Origin: a virus
Taxonomy: Duplodnaviria > Heunggongvirae > Uroviricota > Caudoviricetes
Virus record (IMG/VR): IMGVR_UViG_3300042885_000900
Length of the DNA stretch: 64,000 nucleotides
Strand: one strand, 5' to 3'
The notes beneath the pieces are model-generated. The model ran no database searches, was not told the origin of the DNA, and saw nothing but the letters and a program-made list of their open reading frames with translations. Position 1 is the stretch's first letter, and each line of letters starts with the position of its first letter. This document shows positions 29,836 to 38,670 of the stretch, in pieces. The translations under genes were made by a program, and so were the position numbers.

Positions 29836-30765
29836 TTAGGACCTAATTTCTGTGGCAAAACAAATCTCGCCTCGTTCTCTTATTAATCTTTGCATGTCAG
29901 TAAATGAAATGTATGCGTGACCAGATTGTCCCCAAGATTGACCCCAACTATTTTTTATTCTGAAAAGTTTAGTCACCGTATTAACACCATTAATAACATA
30001 TGCGTGTCCACCAGCAATACGACCACTAATTTTAATTAAACCATTTCTATTAGGGTAAAACATTCCGTTATACCAATTAGTTCCAACAACAACAGGTCCC
30101 AAATTTAAAACGGAATTTATTAAGGTTGTTAAATTAAAACCCCAGTAATATGATGAAACTTTACCAACACTCTGCAAATATTTAACACCACCTCTAACTG
30201 AAGTACCATCATAATTCTCACCAGCCCATTCATCAACTCTTTGAGCATTTTCATAAATTACTTTAGGTGGTATTATTGGACCAATCCCACTTTGAGGAAC
30301 CGGACCATCTTCTAACCAATGAGCCCAAGCATATCCAACACATTGGGGTGTATTACCTTGATTACCCCACCATCCATTAGCGTCCCAATATTTATTGGTA
30401 ATTCTAACAGGGGCAACACTTAAAAGGTTGTTGATTGGATATTTATTGTCTCTTTCATCAGGAACATATTGTCTACCTAATTGATATGTTTGATTAATAT
30501 TCTCATCTAAAACATTAGGTGTTGGTATTGGTCTTTTAAACATTTTCTCTGTTGCAATAGCAACAACATCAATAGATTCTAATTCATTCGTATGACCTTT
30601 GTGTAGTTCTAAAAGAGCTGAAAGTCTCACTTTTTCTGCACCTTGGGCAGCATCTACTCTTTGTGTAATTTTAGCAATGTTTTCTGCATTCTTAACAAGT
30701 CTGCTAATTTTAGCTTCTTGTTGTTTAGTAATAAGTTCTTCTAATGTAAATTCTTTGTTTGTCAT
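29836..30765 (-). CDS. Papain-like (C1) cysteine peptidase with N-terminal helical extension
   Basis: NQGNTPQCVGYA (Gln, Cys), GGHAY (His), KNSWG (Asn). Confidence 0.88.
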   Translation of the reverse strand: MTNKEFTLEELITKQQEAKISRLVKNAENIAKITQRVDAAQGAEKVRLSALLELHKGHTNELESIDVVAIATEKMFKRPIPTPNVLDENINQTYQLGRQYVPDERDNKYPINNLLSVAPVRITNKYWDANGWWGNQGNTPQCVGYAWAHWLEDGPVPQSGIGPIIPPKVIYENAQRVDEWAGENYDGTSVRGGVKYLQSVGKVSSYYWGFNLTTLINSVLNLGPVVVGTNWYNGMFYPNRNGLIKISGRIAGGHAYVINGVNTVTKLFRIKNSWGQSWGQSGHAYISFTDMQRLIRERGEICFATEIRS

Positions 30766-30769
30766 AATT

Positions 30770-32383
30770 TTATATTGTTATTATCGTTACTGTATTATTA
30801 ACTTGTAGATATTGTATATCACCATCAGGGCTTCCGCTGTTGCAAGTCATAAGAGTTGATGGTACAGTTAGTGTGATTGTGTTAGCCATAATACTATTAA
30901 ATACGTCATTATCTAAAACTGTTCCTCCTAGGTCAGTACAAGCTGGTAGGCTAATTGTTGTTAATGATGTGCAAGCATAGAAACAATAATAACCTGCTGT
31001 TGTTAATAGTGGTAAATCTATTGTTGTTAGTGATGTACAATCGTAGAAACAATAATCACCTGCTGTTGTTAATAGTGGTAAATCTATTGTTGTTAGTGAT
31101 GTACAATCGTAGAAACAATAATAACCTGCTGTTGTTAATAGTGGTAAATCTATTGCTGTTAGTGATGTACAATATGCAAAACAATAATCACCTGCTGTTG
31201 TTAATAATGGTAAATCTATTGCTGTTAGTGATGTACAATATGCAAAACAACCATAACCTGCTGTTGTTAATAGTGGTAAATCAACTGTTGTTAGTGATGT
31301 ACAATATGCAAAACAATAATCACCTGCTGTTGTTAATAATGGTAAATCTATTGCTGTTAGTGATGTACAATATGCAAAACAACTATAACCTGCTGTTGTT
31401 AGTAATGGTAAGTTTAAATTAATTAAATTTACACATTCGCCAAAAGCACCGTAATCATTTTGTGGACTATCCTGCCATCCATAAGCAATTGTACAAGCAG
31501 GTAAATCAACTGTTGTTAAACCATAGCAATAAGTAAAAGCATCACCACCAACTGATGTTATACAATTTGCTGTATCTACAACACTAATCAAAAAAGTATT
31601 ATAGTTGTAATCATACATTAAAGCTGGCTTCACTTTAATATTACTACCACCTATTAAACTAACTTCATTCCCAACCACTTCTACACTTGTAAATGGATTA
31701 CCATATGTAGGCAAATCAAAGAACGTATTCCAATCTTCTACACTACTAGAATCTCCTACTAATAAATCTGCATTTGCTATATCATCAAATGTTAGTCTTA
31801 ATCCAAGAGTTGATGGTGGTGTAGGTGTAGGTGTCATTGTCGGTGTTTGAGTTGGCGTAGGCGTTGGAGTTTCAGTATTTGTCGGAGTAGGAGTAGGTGT
31901 TTCTGTATTTGTAGGCGTAGGAGTAGGTGTTTCTGTATTTGTAGGCGTAGGAGTAGGTGTTAATTCATTAACACAGCAAGGAAATTCTGAAACATAACAA
32001 CTATCATAAGCTAAATCGTCAGCAATGAAGGATTCCTGAATATTAATATTAAGTTTTTCTCTAATTGGTAAAATAAGAACACCATCAGAATTTCTTAACA
32101 TAAATTCACCCTCATATCTACCAACACGATTGGTGTCTTTTGATGTGAATTGGTAATATATGTAATATTCTGGTTCGGCATTGGGGTCCATTGAGGTTTT
32201 CTCAACAAATCCGCCCGGTCTTGAAGTGATTTTTGGTATCCCCGTTTCAACATCCACCATTGAGAAGAAAATGGAAGATACCTCTATCATATCCATAAAA
32301 TTATTATAATCGTTTCTTCCGTTTTTTACGACTTCTAATTTAATTACCGGTAATGTAGAATTTTTTTTGATATAGAAATTCAT
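30770..32383 (-). CDS. Virion-type adhesin: BppU-like N-terminal domain, Pro/Thr stalk, capped BspA-type LRR domain
   Basis: [10 protein letters not shown]...YYQF...DT...G.YEGEF N-terminus; (TP)n linker; 22-aa LRRs. Confidence 0.75.
   Translation of the reverse strand: MNFYIKKNSTLPVIKLEVVKNGRNDYNNFMDMIEVSSIFFSMVDVETGIPKITSRPGGFVEKTSMDPNAEPEYYIYYQFTSKDTNRVGRYEGEFMLRNSDGVLILPIREKLNINIQESFIADDLAYDSCYVSEFPCCVNELTPTPTPTNTETPTPTPTNTETPTPTPTNTETPTPTPTQTPTMTPTPTPPSTLGLRLTFDDIANADLLVGDSSSVEDWNTFFDLPTYGNPFTSVEVVGNEVSLIGGSNIKVKPALMYDYNYNTFLISVVDTANCITSVGGDAFTYCYGLTTVDLPACTIAYGWQDSPQNDYGAFGECVNLINLNLPLLTTAGYSCFAYCTSLTAIDLPLLTTAGDYCFAYCTSLTTVDLPLLTTAGYGCFAYCTSLTAIDLPLLTTAGDYCFAYCTSLTAIDLPLLTTAGYYCFYDCTSLTTIDLPLLTTAGDYCFYDCTSLTTIDLPLLTTAGYYCFYACTSLTTISLPACTDLGGTVLDNDVFNSIMANTITLTVPSTLMTCNSGSPDGDIQYLQVNNTVTIITI
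30955..31416 (-). repeat. Seven tandem 66-bp coding repeats (22-aa LRR)
   Basis: ACCTGCTGTTGTT recurs at 30992, 31058, 31124, 31190, 31256, 31322, 31388. Confidence 0.95.
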
Positions 32384-32428
32384 TTAAAGTTTTTATTATA
32401 AATAGTTGGGTTTTTAAAAATAAATGAT

Positions 32429-34105
32429 TTAACTCTCTTTTCTTAATGAACCATCGTAATGTTCAAATCTATCGTGTTCTGTTGGTGTTAGTAATAGTAA
32501 TCCTGGTTTAACGTTACCTTTAATTGTTTCTTGATAAGAGTACGACATAAGAGTTTGTTCGTGAGGATGAGCCCATTTTGTTTCCAAATAACATTTATAA
32601 TTACCTTCTTTTGTTAATACAATCGGCCAATTCGATAAATGGGATTCACCTGTTATATATGGTAACCCTTTATGAATATGTATTTCATCAAATTTTGTTT
32701 TAGGTGAATTGGGGTCTAAACCTTGAACCGGTAATTTAGGGTTGTTTGGCCAATGTTTTTGTCTAAAATCTTGTGGGACGTTATACCAACTCCACTGCAC
32801 ACTATGGTCACCAAAAAACTCACTAAAATTTAACTTTAAAAAATCAAAATTCTCTTTTTGAATAATTCCTAAAGATTTTTGATATAAATTGTCGACAAAT
32901 CTTGGGAATCCATTTCTACACACCTCACCTTTTTTAGGGTAAAACGCCATGTCATCTTCAAAAAAGTAATAAAAATCCAAATCAGTTTCATCGAAATGTT
33001 CAGCAACAAATACCCTACCACCAACAATTCCAATATTATCTTTTTTAATATGTTCAAAACCATATTGTTCACATAGTTCAATATATCTCGGTGTTGTGGT
33101 TAAATCAGTTGAATTATCTAATAAGAATTTCTTTGGTTTCTCCACAAAATCTTTATCGTAGTCCAACATAGATTGGATAAGAACCTCTAATTGTTTTGGT
33201 GAGTTAAATGTGATTACATAAAGAGCTACTTTTGAAGTGTCCAAATTATTCACAACAACATCTTTAGACACTTCCGATTTAACCTCAACCGTCATATCTT
33301 TTAAATCCTCAAAGAATTTACCCATTAACCCATTACCCTCAATTTCCGAGTAAGTAATTAAGTTTGGGTATTTGTATGTCATAATTGTAAATAATGACTC
33401 TTCAGTACCCATTGACCCATTTGAAAGTGTTTCATTCATTAATCCGTAATAAATGGTATTAATTTCCGATATAACATCTTTTTTTCCACCAAAGAAACCT
33501 GCTCTAGCAACCATATTAACAGGTTTACCGGCTAAATCACATAATTCTTGATACTTGAATCCGTGAATTTCGTTATTGGTTTCATAAGGAAAACAAACAA
33601 AGTGAAAGTTCTTAACTAACTGGGGTAATTTATCTAAAACTTTATCATGGGTAAAGTACCCAGGGTGGATTGTGTTGGTTAACCCAGCATCAATCCAAAA
33701 CATATATTCTGACTCAAACTTATCTAAAATTTTTGCATCGTGTAATAAATAAACTTTTGACATAACCAAAGGGTTATACATTTCTAATTTGGCTTGTGTC
33801 GAATCTGTTAACCAACCAACTTGGTTATACCAATCAGGGTTGGTTCTTATTTTTTGAATTTTATCGTAAAATTCACTATTTTTAAACCAAGATAAACTTC
33901 TACGAACAAATTGAGTGTTTTCGGAGCGTCTATTATCTAACACAAATTTTTCTAATTCTTCATCACCAAAAATTATCATATTTACATCAACTTGTAATAG
34001 TTGTTGGAATTTATCTAAATAATGTTGGAATGAGCGAGACCACCCTTCTTGAAGGTCACCTCTTCCAATATCCCATAATCCTGTTACTAATGTTACTTTA
34101 TTCAT
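32429..34105 (-). CDS. HtrL/YibB-like glycosyltransferase fused to second GT-A-like domain
   Basis: TLVTGLWDIGR, MSKV, FWIDAG, GFFGG, TEES; second domain with FFEDD. Confidence 0.7.
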   Translation of the reverse strand: MNKVTLVTGLWDIGRGDLQEGWSRSFQHYLDKFQQLLQVDVNMIIFGDEELEKFVLDNRRSENTQFVRRSLSWFKNSEFYDKIQKIRTNPDWYNQVGWLTDSTQAKLEMYNPLVMSKVYLLHDAKILDKFESEYMFWIDAGLTNTIHPGYFTHDKVLDKLPQLVKNFHFVCFPYETNNEIHGFKYQELCDLAGKPVNMVARAGFFGGKKDVISEINTIYYGLMNETLSNGSMGTEESLFTIMTYKYPNLITYSEIEGNGLMGKFFEDLKDMTVEVKSEVSKDVVVNNLDTSKVALYVITFNSPKQLEVLIQSMLDYDKDFVEKPKKFLLDNSTDLTTTPRYIELCEQYGFEHIKKDNIGIVGGRVFVAEHFDETDLDFYYFFEDDMAFYPKKGEVCRNGFPRFVDNLYQKSLGIIQKENFDFLKLNFSEFFGDHSVQWSWYNVPQDFRQKHWPNNPKLPVQGLDPNSPKTKFDEIHIHKGLPYITGESHLSNWPIVLTKEGNYKCYLETKWAHPHEQTLMSYSYQETIKGNVKPGLLLLTPTEHDRFEHYDGSLRKES

Positions 34106-34110
34106 TGTTT

Positions 34111-35034
34111 TTATATTTTAAAATTTTTTATATCATGCCACATCATATAGAAAGGTTTTAATGGATTTTTTTCTTTATCCCACATTTTATAGTGATAATC
34201 ATCGTGTTCTCCGGATGCAAATGTGTTAAAAATAAATGTAATTTTTTCGTCTTCACTGATTAAATCATAAGATGGTTTCATAATTACTTCTTCTGTACAA
34301 AGTATATTTTTTTCTAATATTTTTTCAGTAAATTCCCAAAATAAATTTATGTATTTTTTTAATATTTGAGTATCACCCCCAAACATACCACCGACCGGAT
34401 AGGGTGATTCAAAAGGTTTGTCTAATATTCCGTGTTGTAAAAAAGGATAACTTATTTGAGGACCATATGAACAAACAAACATTATTTTATTTTCACATAT
34501 TTTATTTAATTTATTATATATTTCGCTATCAATTATTTTTGAAAAATTAAACACATCTAAATGAGCCCACCAATCTGTTGGTACGCCTAAATTTTCATAA
34601 TCCGTATTATAAACTTTAGAGTACATCCAAGGGAATATTCCCGGGTGTTGCAAACCAACATCAACCCAATAAACTTTATCAAACCCATCAAGTTCTCTTT
34701 CCATAACATCAAATTTTCCCCACATTATTTCAGGACCTCTTCCATCTAAATCGGTATCAAAATTATTATTTCTAATTTTTTTAATTTCATTATGGTATTT
34801 TACATCAGATAGTTCTAATATTTTTAACTCTAAATTAGTTAAATCATATCTTACTTTAATATCGTTAAGTTCGTCGTAATTTTTACTATGAGTATAGCAG
34901 ATAACCGGTAAACTACTACCAATACAATGAGAAATTAATGACCCTTGATATCTTATTTTTCTAATTGGGGAGACTCCTTGATATGGATATCCTTCAACAT
35001 CCATCCAATATGTGGTAACAATTTTAGTTTTCAT
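34111..35034 (-). CDS. HtrL/YibB-like putative glycosyltransferase
   Basis: KIVT, WGKF, YWVDVG, GGMFGG, TEE motifs parallel the neighbour. Confidence 0.6.
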   Translation of the reverse strand: MKTKIVTTYWMDVEGYPYQGVSPIRKIRYQGSLISHCIGSSLPVICYTHSKNYDELNDIKVRYDLTNLELKILELSDVKYHNEIKKIRNNNFDTDLDGRGPEIMWGKFDVMERELDGFDKVYWVDVGLQHPGIFPWMYSKVYNTDYENLGVPTDWWAHLDVFNFSKIIDSEIYNKLNKICENKIMFVCSYGPQISYPFLQHGILDKPFESPYPVGGMFGGDTQILKKYINLFWEFTEKILEKNILCTEEVIMKPSYDLISEDEKITFIFNTFASGEHDDYHYKMWDKEKNPLKPFYMMWHDIKNFKI

Positions 35035-35061
35035 AATTTTTTTTATTTATATTTTTTTATT

Positions 35062-35814
35062 TTAAAATCTAATATACAATTGTTCTGATTTATTGTAAAA
35101 TTGGAAACATTGTTGTAGGAAATGATTAAAAGCGTTATCAAAATGCCATTTCATTCCGGCCTCTAAAGCTGATATACCAATTTCAAATCCTTCGGCATAA
35201 TTTCTAATTTTATTTTCAATACTGTACCATAAAAATTGTTCCCATCTTTGGACAAAAAATCTAAATTTATATGAATTTTTAAATATCATAAATTGTTCAT
35301 TAACACAATGAGCTTCATCCCATTTATCGTATTCTAACATATCATAATCTATTAATTTTTGCATAAAAAAACTACCTTCAGGATGGGCTCTACTATCACC
35401 AATTCTTGCTGGTCTCTCAAATACAAAATCATAATCGTTTTCTTTAGTCCAATTTAACATATTTAAAACTTTTTTTTCTGAAAAATGTTCAAACATTGTC
35501 CAATCACCATCTGAAAAAATTATAAATTCATATCCTTCAGAATTAGGGTTATTTTTTTCATACTCTAAAATATGTTTTAGAGATAATACTTTTAAATTAT
35601 AATGAAAACTTGTTGTACCAACCGCTTCGTGATGTAATGATGGAGGGTTAATTACTTTAATTTTAAATCTATCACCTAAATCGGGGAAATTTTCATTTGT
35701 TGTTGTTATGAAAAAATCGCAGTTAGATGTTCTTGACGCTAAATCAGAATAAAATTGAATTGTTTTCTTTTCGTATTCTTCACCAATCGATAATGTTGTA
35801 AAACAATATTTCAT
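35062..35814 (-). CDS. Putative GT-A fold glycosyltransferase
   Basis: N-terminal CFTTLSIGEEY, DxD (FSDGD); operon context. Confidence 0.5.
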   Translation of the reverse strand: MKYCFTTLSIGEEYEKKTIQFYSDLASRTSNCDFFITTTNENFPDLGDRFKIKVINPPSLHHEAVGTTSFHYNLKVLSLKHILEYEKNNPNSEGYEFIIFSDGDWTMFEHFSEKKVLNMLNWTKENDYDFVFERPARIGDSRAHPEGSFFMQKLIDYDMLEYDKWDEAHCVNEQFMIFKNSYKFRFFVQRWEQFLWYSIENKIRNYAEGFEIGISALEAGMKWHFDNAFNHFLQQCFQFYNKSEQLYIRF

Positions 35815-35815
35815 A

Positions 35816-36496
35816 TTATAAGTTAAGGTCTTTTAAATAATTCAAAGCTTGTATTGCACTTGGAACTAATGGTTTATCATTCTCGTCAATTTGCATTCCT
35901 ATAAAAAAATCTTTATTATCTCTATGGATATAGTTTTCTTCACTATCATATCCACAATAGAAGATATTGTTTTTATCAATATTTTCCATATATAATTGTA
36001 GTATTGTTTGGTCGGAACCCCAAACTAATTCATTGTTTTTAATAAATTCATTGAAGTGTTCCTCAAATAAATTTATTTTACGTTTAATTCCAAATAGCCC
36101 ACTTGGTACTGGTGAATGCCAAGGATGGTCTCTTATTATAAAATAATCATTATCTGTTTTTAACCAACTATTAATATAACTAACTTCTCGATGACTAAAT
36201 CTACTATCTAAATCTCTAACAATTGATGGAGTATCCTCTAAAAAACTCAAGAATCTCCAAAAATATGGGAAATGAATTGATTCTAACCCACCTATAGTTA
36301 AATCTTTAACATTAATTAAGTTGGCACCTAATTCAGATAAAATTTTAATGTATTCTGTTAGGATAAAGTCACTATGATAATAAATTCTAATTTCCCAATC
36401 AGGTAATAAAGAATTAACCTCGACGGTATTTTTAACTGCACCAATATAATATTTCATATTGGTTCCAAATAATGTGAATGATACGATTGGTCTCAT
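35816..36496 (-). CDS. Putative glycosyltransferase-like protein
   Basis: SFTLFG, WRFL, RDLDSR, IIRDHPWH, DQ..L motifs; operon context. Confidence 0.55.
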   Translation of the reverse strand: MRPIVSFTLFGTNMKYYIGAVKNTVEVNSLLPDWEIRIYYHSDFILTEYIKILSELGANLINVKDLTIGGLESIHFPYFWRFLSFLEDTPSIVRDLDSRFSHREVSYINSWLKTDNDYFIIRDHPWHSPVPSGLFGIKRKINLFEEHFNEFIKNNELVWGSDQTILQLYMENIDKNNIFYCGYDSEENYIHRDNKDFFIGMQIDENDKPLVPSAIQALNYLKDLNL

Positions 36497-37344
36497 TTTT
36501 CATAAATATTTTTTACGTTTATATTTGAATATCTTTCTTCGTCATCAACAATTAAATTAACGTAAGTGTTGTAAACAGGGTTATCTGAATTCATTCCCGA
36601 GTTTGGGCCGTCATTGGTTAAAGGCCAATATATTTTTTCAGCATTTGATAAAAAACAAGCCCAAAAAGAAAAAGTTCCTTGTGCCGCAATTATTTTATTA
36701 AAAGACGTGATTTCTGAAAAAACATCAAGTATATCACCATCAATTAATTTAGGGTTATATTTTTCTAATTTATTAATTAATGATTGATGTTTATTTATGT
36801 GGTCAAATGAAATATATAAATTATCAAAAGTTTCTTGAGATATTATATTAAGGTAATAACTATCCGGTAAAACAAAACTCCCATCGTGATTACTACTCCT
36901 TAACATAATCACTAAATCATTACTACCCCTTTTATCTTTAACAATACTTTTAAAATATTCTTTAACTTTAATTTTATATGGTTTGATGTAATCATATTTT
37001 GAAAAATATGATTGGTTTATAAATCCGTGATTTGGGTAGGATTGTATTAAATTTTCAATACTACCTAATTGTATAATATCACCATCTTGAATAACTTTAA
37101 TTGGGTTATCCACAATATTTCCTTTAACACCTTTAAATGGAAACATAATTTCATTGTATTGTCCGTTTTTAGTGTCTTCTCTTCTTATTAAGGCATTTTC
37201 CGGAGATATTAACTCGTACCCTAGTAGTTCGCTAATTATTCTACAAGCGGAATATATAAACAATTTATTACCCAAATTTTTTCTTGGAGATGAAAAATAA
37301 CCACCCTCTAAATATGAATCGTATTCATCATAAATTTTAACCAT
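36493..37344 (-). CDS. Alpha-1,2-fucosyltransferase-like protein (GT11)
   Basis: LGNKLF, MLRSS (cf. HxRxGD), YY, GTFSFWACFL. Confidence 0.7.
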   Translation of the reverse strand: MVKIYDEYDSYLEGGYFSSPRKNLGNKLFIYSACRIISELLGYELISPENALIRREDTKNGQYNEIMFPFKGVKGNIVDNPIKVIQDGDIIQLGSIENLIQSYPNHGFINQSYFSKYDYIKPYKIKVKEYFKSIVKDKRGSNDLVIMLRSSNHDGSFVLPDSYYLNIISQETFDNLYISFDHINKHQSLINKLEKYNPKLIDGDILDVFSEITSFNKIIAAQGTFSFWACFLSNAEKIYWPLTNDGPNSGMNSDNPVYNTYVNLIVDDEERYSNINVKNIYEK

Positions 37345-37347
37345 TTT

Positions 37348-38595
37348 TTATAAATTACCCGTTATTCTTTCACACCAACCTTTTGACGTACTAAACGGCC
37401 AAACAACCCAGTATTTTGGTTTATGAACTGTTTGAAATTCTCTCCAAACTTTACAATACCCATCAGGGTCTCTCATCATATTATTAATTTCATTAATGTC
37501 AGCGTCTCTTCTATTTAAAGTTTCATCATTCTCGTCGTGGAAAGCAACTACCCAAAACTCATAATCCTTCTCCGGTACTTGAGTAAATCCAATATCAATA
37601 CAATGTTTGAAGATGCTAGCATAACTCGCCAACCATTCTTCTTCTGTTTCATAAATTGTTGGATTGGGGGCGTAATGTTTGTCTAATGTATATTGTTGAA
37701 CCGCTCTATTTGAAAATTTAAGACCTGAATAAATTTCATAATCCCTTAAAGTTCTTTCAGTTCCAAAACCATAATAACTAAAATCCATAGTGACCTCTTC
37801 ACCATCCATACCAAATAATTGACGATTTTTTAAATGAGATAATTCGTTTTTCTTACCCCACTCTTTATCATCATCCCATTGTTTGGTTCTACCCTTACGA
37901 GTATATTCGTGCCAAATAACGGTTTTATGTGGGTGGAATAAATCATATCCGTGAGTATATGCTCTAACGGCAATTGATATTTCTTCACCGTGAAAATAGA
38001 ACTCAGGGTCGTGTTGAACCTCGACACTAAATTGTCCTACTGTAAATGCCATATGGGCGGAGTAAAATCTTGAGGTAACGGGTTCTTTAAGGTTTTCCCA
38101 CCCCGGAATTGTTTCAGGTAAGAAGAAGACGGCACCTTCTGGTATAAATCTATCAAACGACATTCTCCATGGGTCTCTAACTCTCCCTGCCGGGTCATTG
38201 TCAGGGTCAAATGAAGAAACATACCCTGTCAATAAAGGTTTCTTAAATCCTTTCTTTTGAAGTTGTTTAACCATTTTGATTAAGGTGTCATCCCAATCTT
38301 TCTCAAATCTCATGTGAGAGTCAATTTGTAGGGTATATTCTTCACCTTTATATAATTGTTGTACTTGGTTTCTTGCCCAACAAACACCTTTGGATTCGGT
38401 GTATAAAACGTCAACAACTCTAAATCTTTTATCTTTTGCGTATTCAGATAAATCATCAAACCCGTCTTCCGGGTGATATTGACGACATATTCCAATTACC
38501 AAATTTTTAGGTTTTTTCGCATTCTCCAACATTGACTTAATTGTTGGAATAAGTTGGGGGTCACGATAGGACGCGATTTGTACAAAAATTTTCAT
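37348..38595 (-). CDS. GT60-family polypeptide/hydroxyproline N-acetylglucosaminyltransferase
   Basis: IFVQIASYRDP, SKGVCWAR, LQIDSHMRF..WD, FHGEE, RAYTHGYD, WHEY.R. Confidence 0.85.
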   Translation of the reverse strand: MKIFVQIASYRDPQLIPTIKSMLENAKKPKNLVIGICRQYHPEDGFDDLSEYAKDKRFRVVDVLYTESKGVCWARNQVQQLYKGEEYTLQIDSHMRFEKDWDDTLIKMVKQLQKKGFKKPLLTGYVSSFDPDNDPAGRVRDPWRMSFDRFIPEGAVFFLPETIPGWENLKEPVTSRFYSAHMAFTVGQFSVEVQHDPEFYFHGEEISIAVRAYTHGYDLFHPHKTVIWHEYTRKGRTKQWDDDKEWGKKNELSHLKNRQLFGMDGEEVTMDFSYYGFGTERTLRDYEIYSGLKFSNRAVQQYTLDKHYAPNPTIYETEEEWLASYASIFKHCIDIGFTQVPEKDYEFWVVAFHDENDETLNRRDADINEINNMMRDPDGYCKVWREFQTVHKPKYWVVWPFSTSKGWCERITGNL

Positions 38596-38670
38596 ATTTA
38601 CCTTAATTTATTTAAAAAATAATATTTAAACGAAAAAGATAAATATGAAAATAATTTATTGTGGATTAAT

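Noticed and set aside
30955-31416. 66-bp repeats as a CRISPR array or DGR variable region
   Set aside because: In-frame coding repeats with no unique spacers; several variable codons are NNT-like, but no reverse transcriptase or non-coding template repeat is visible and GCA/TAC variation does not fit a single AAY template.
30955-31422. Plus-strand 155-aa ORF
   Set aside because: Antisense shadow of the LRR repeats.
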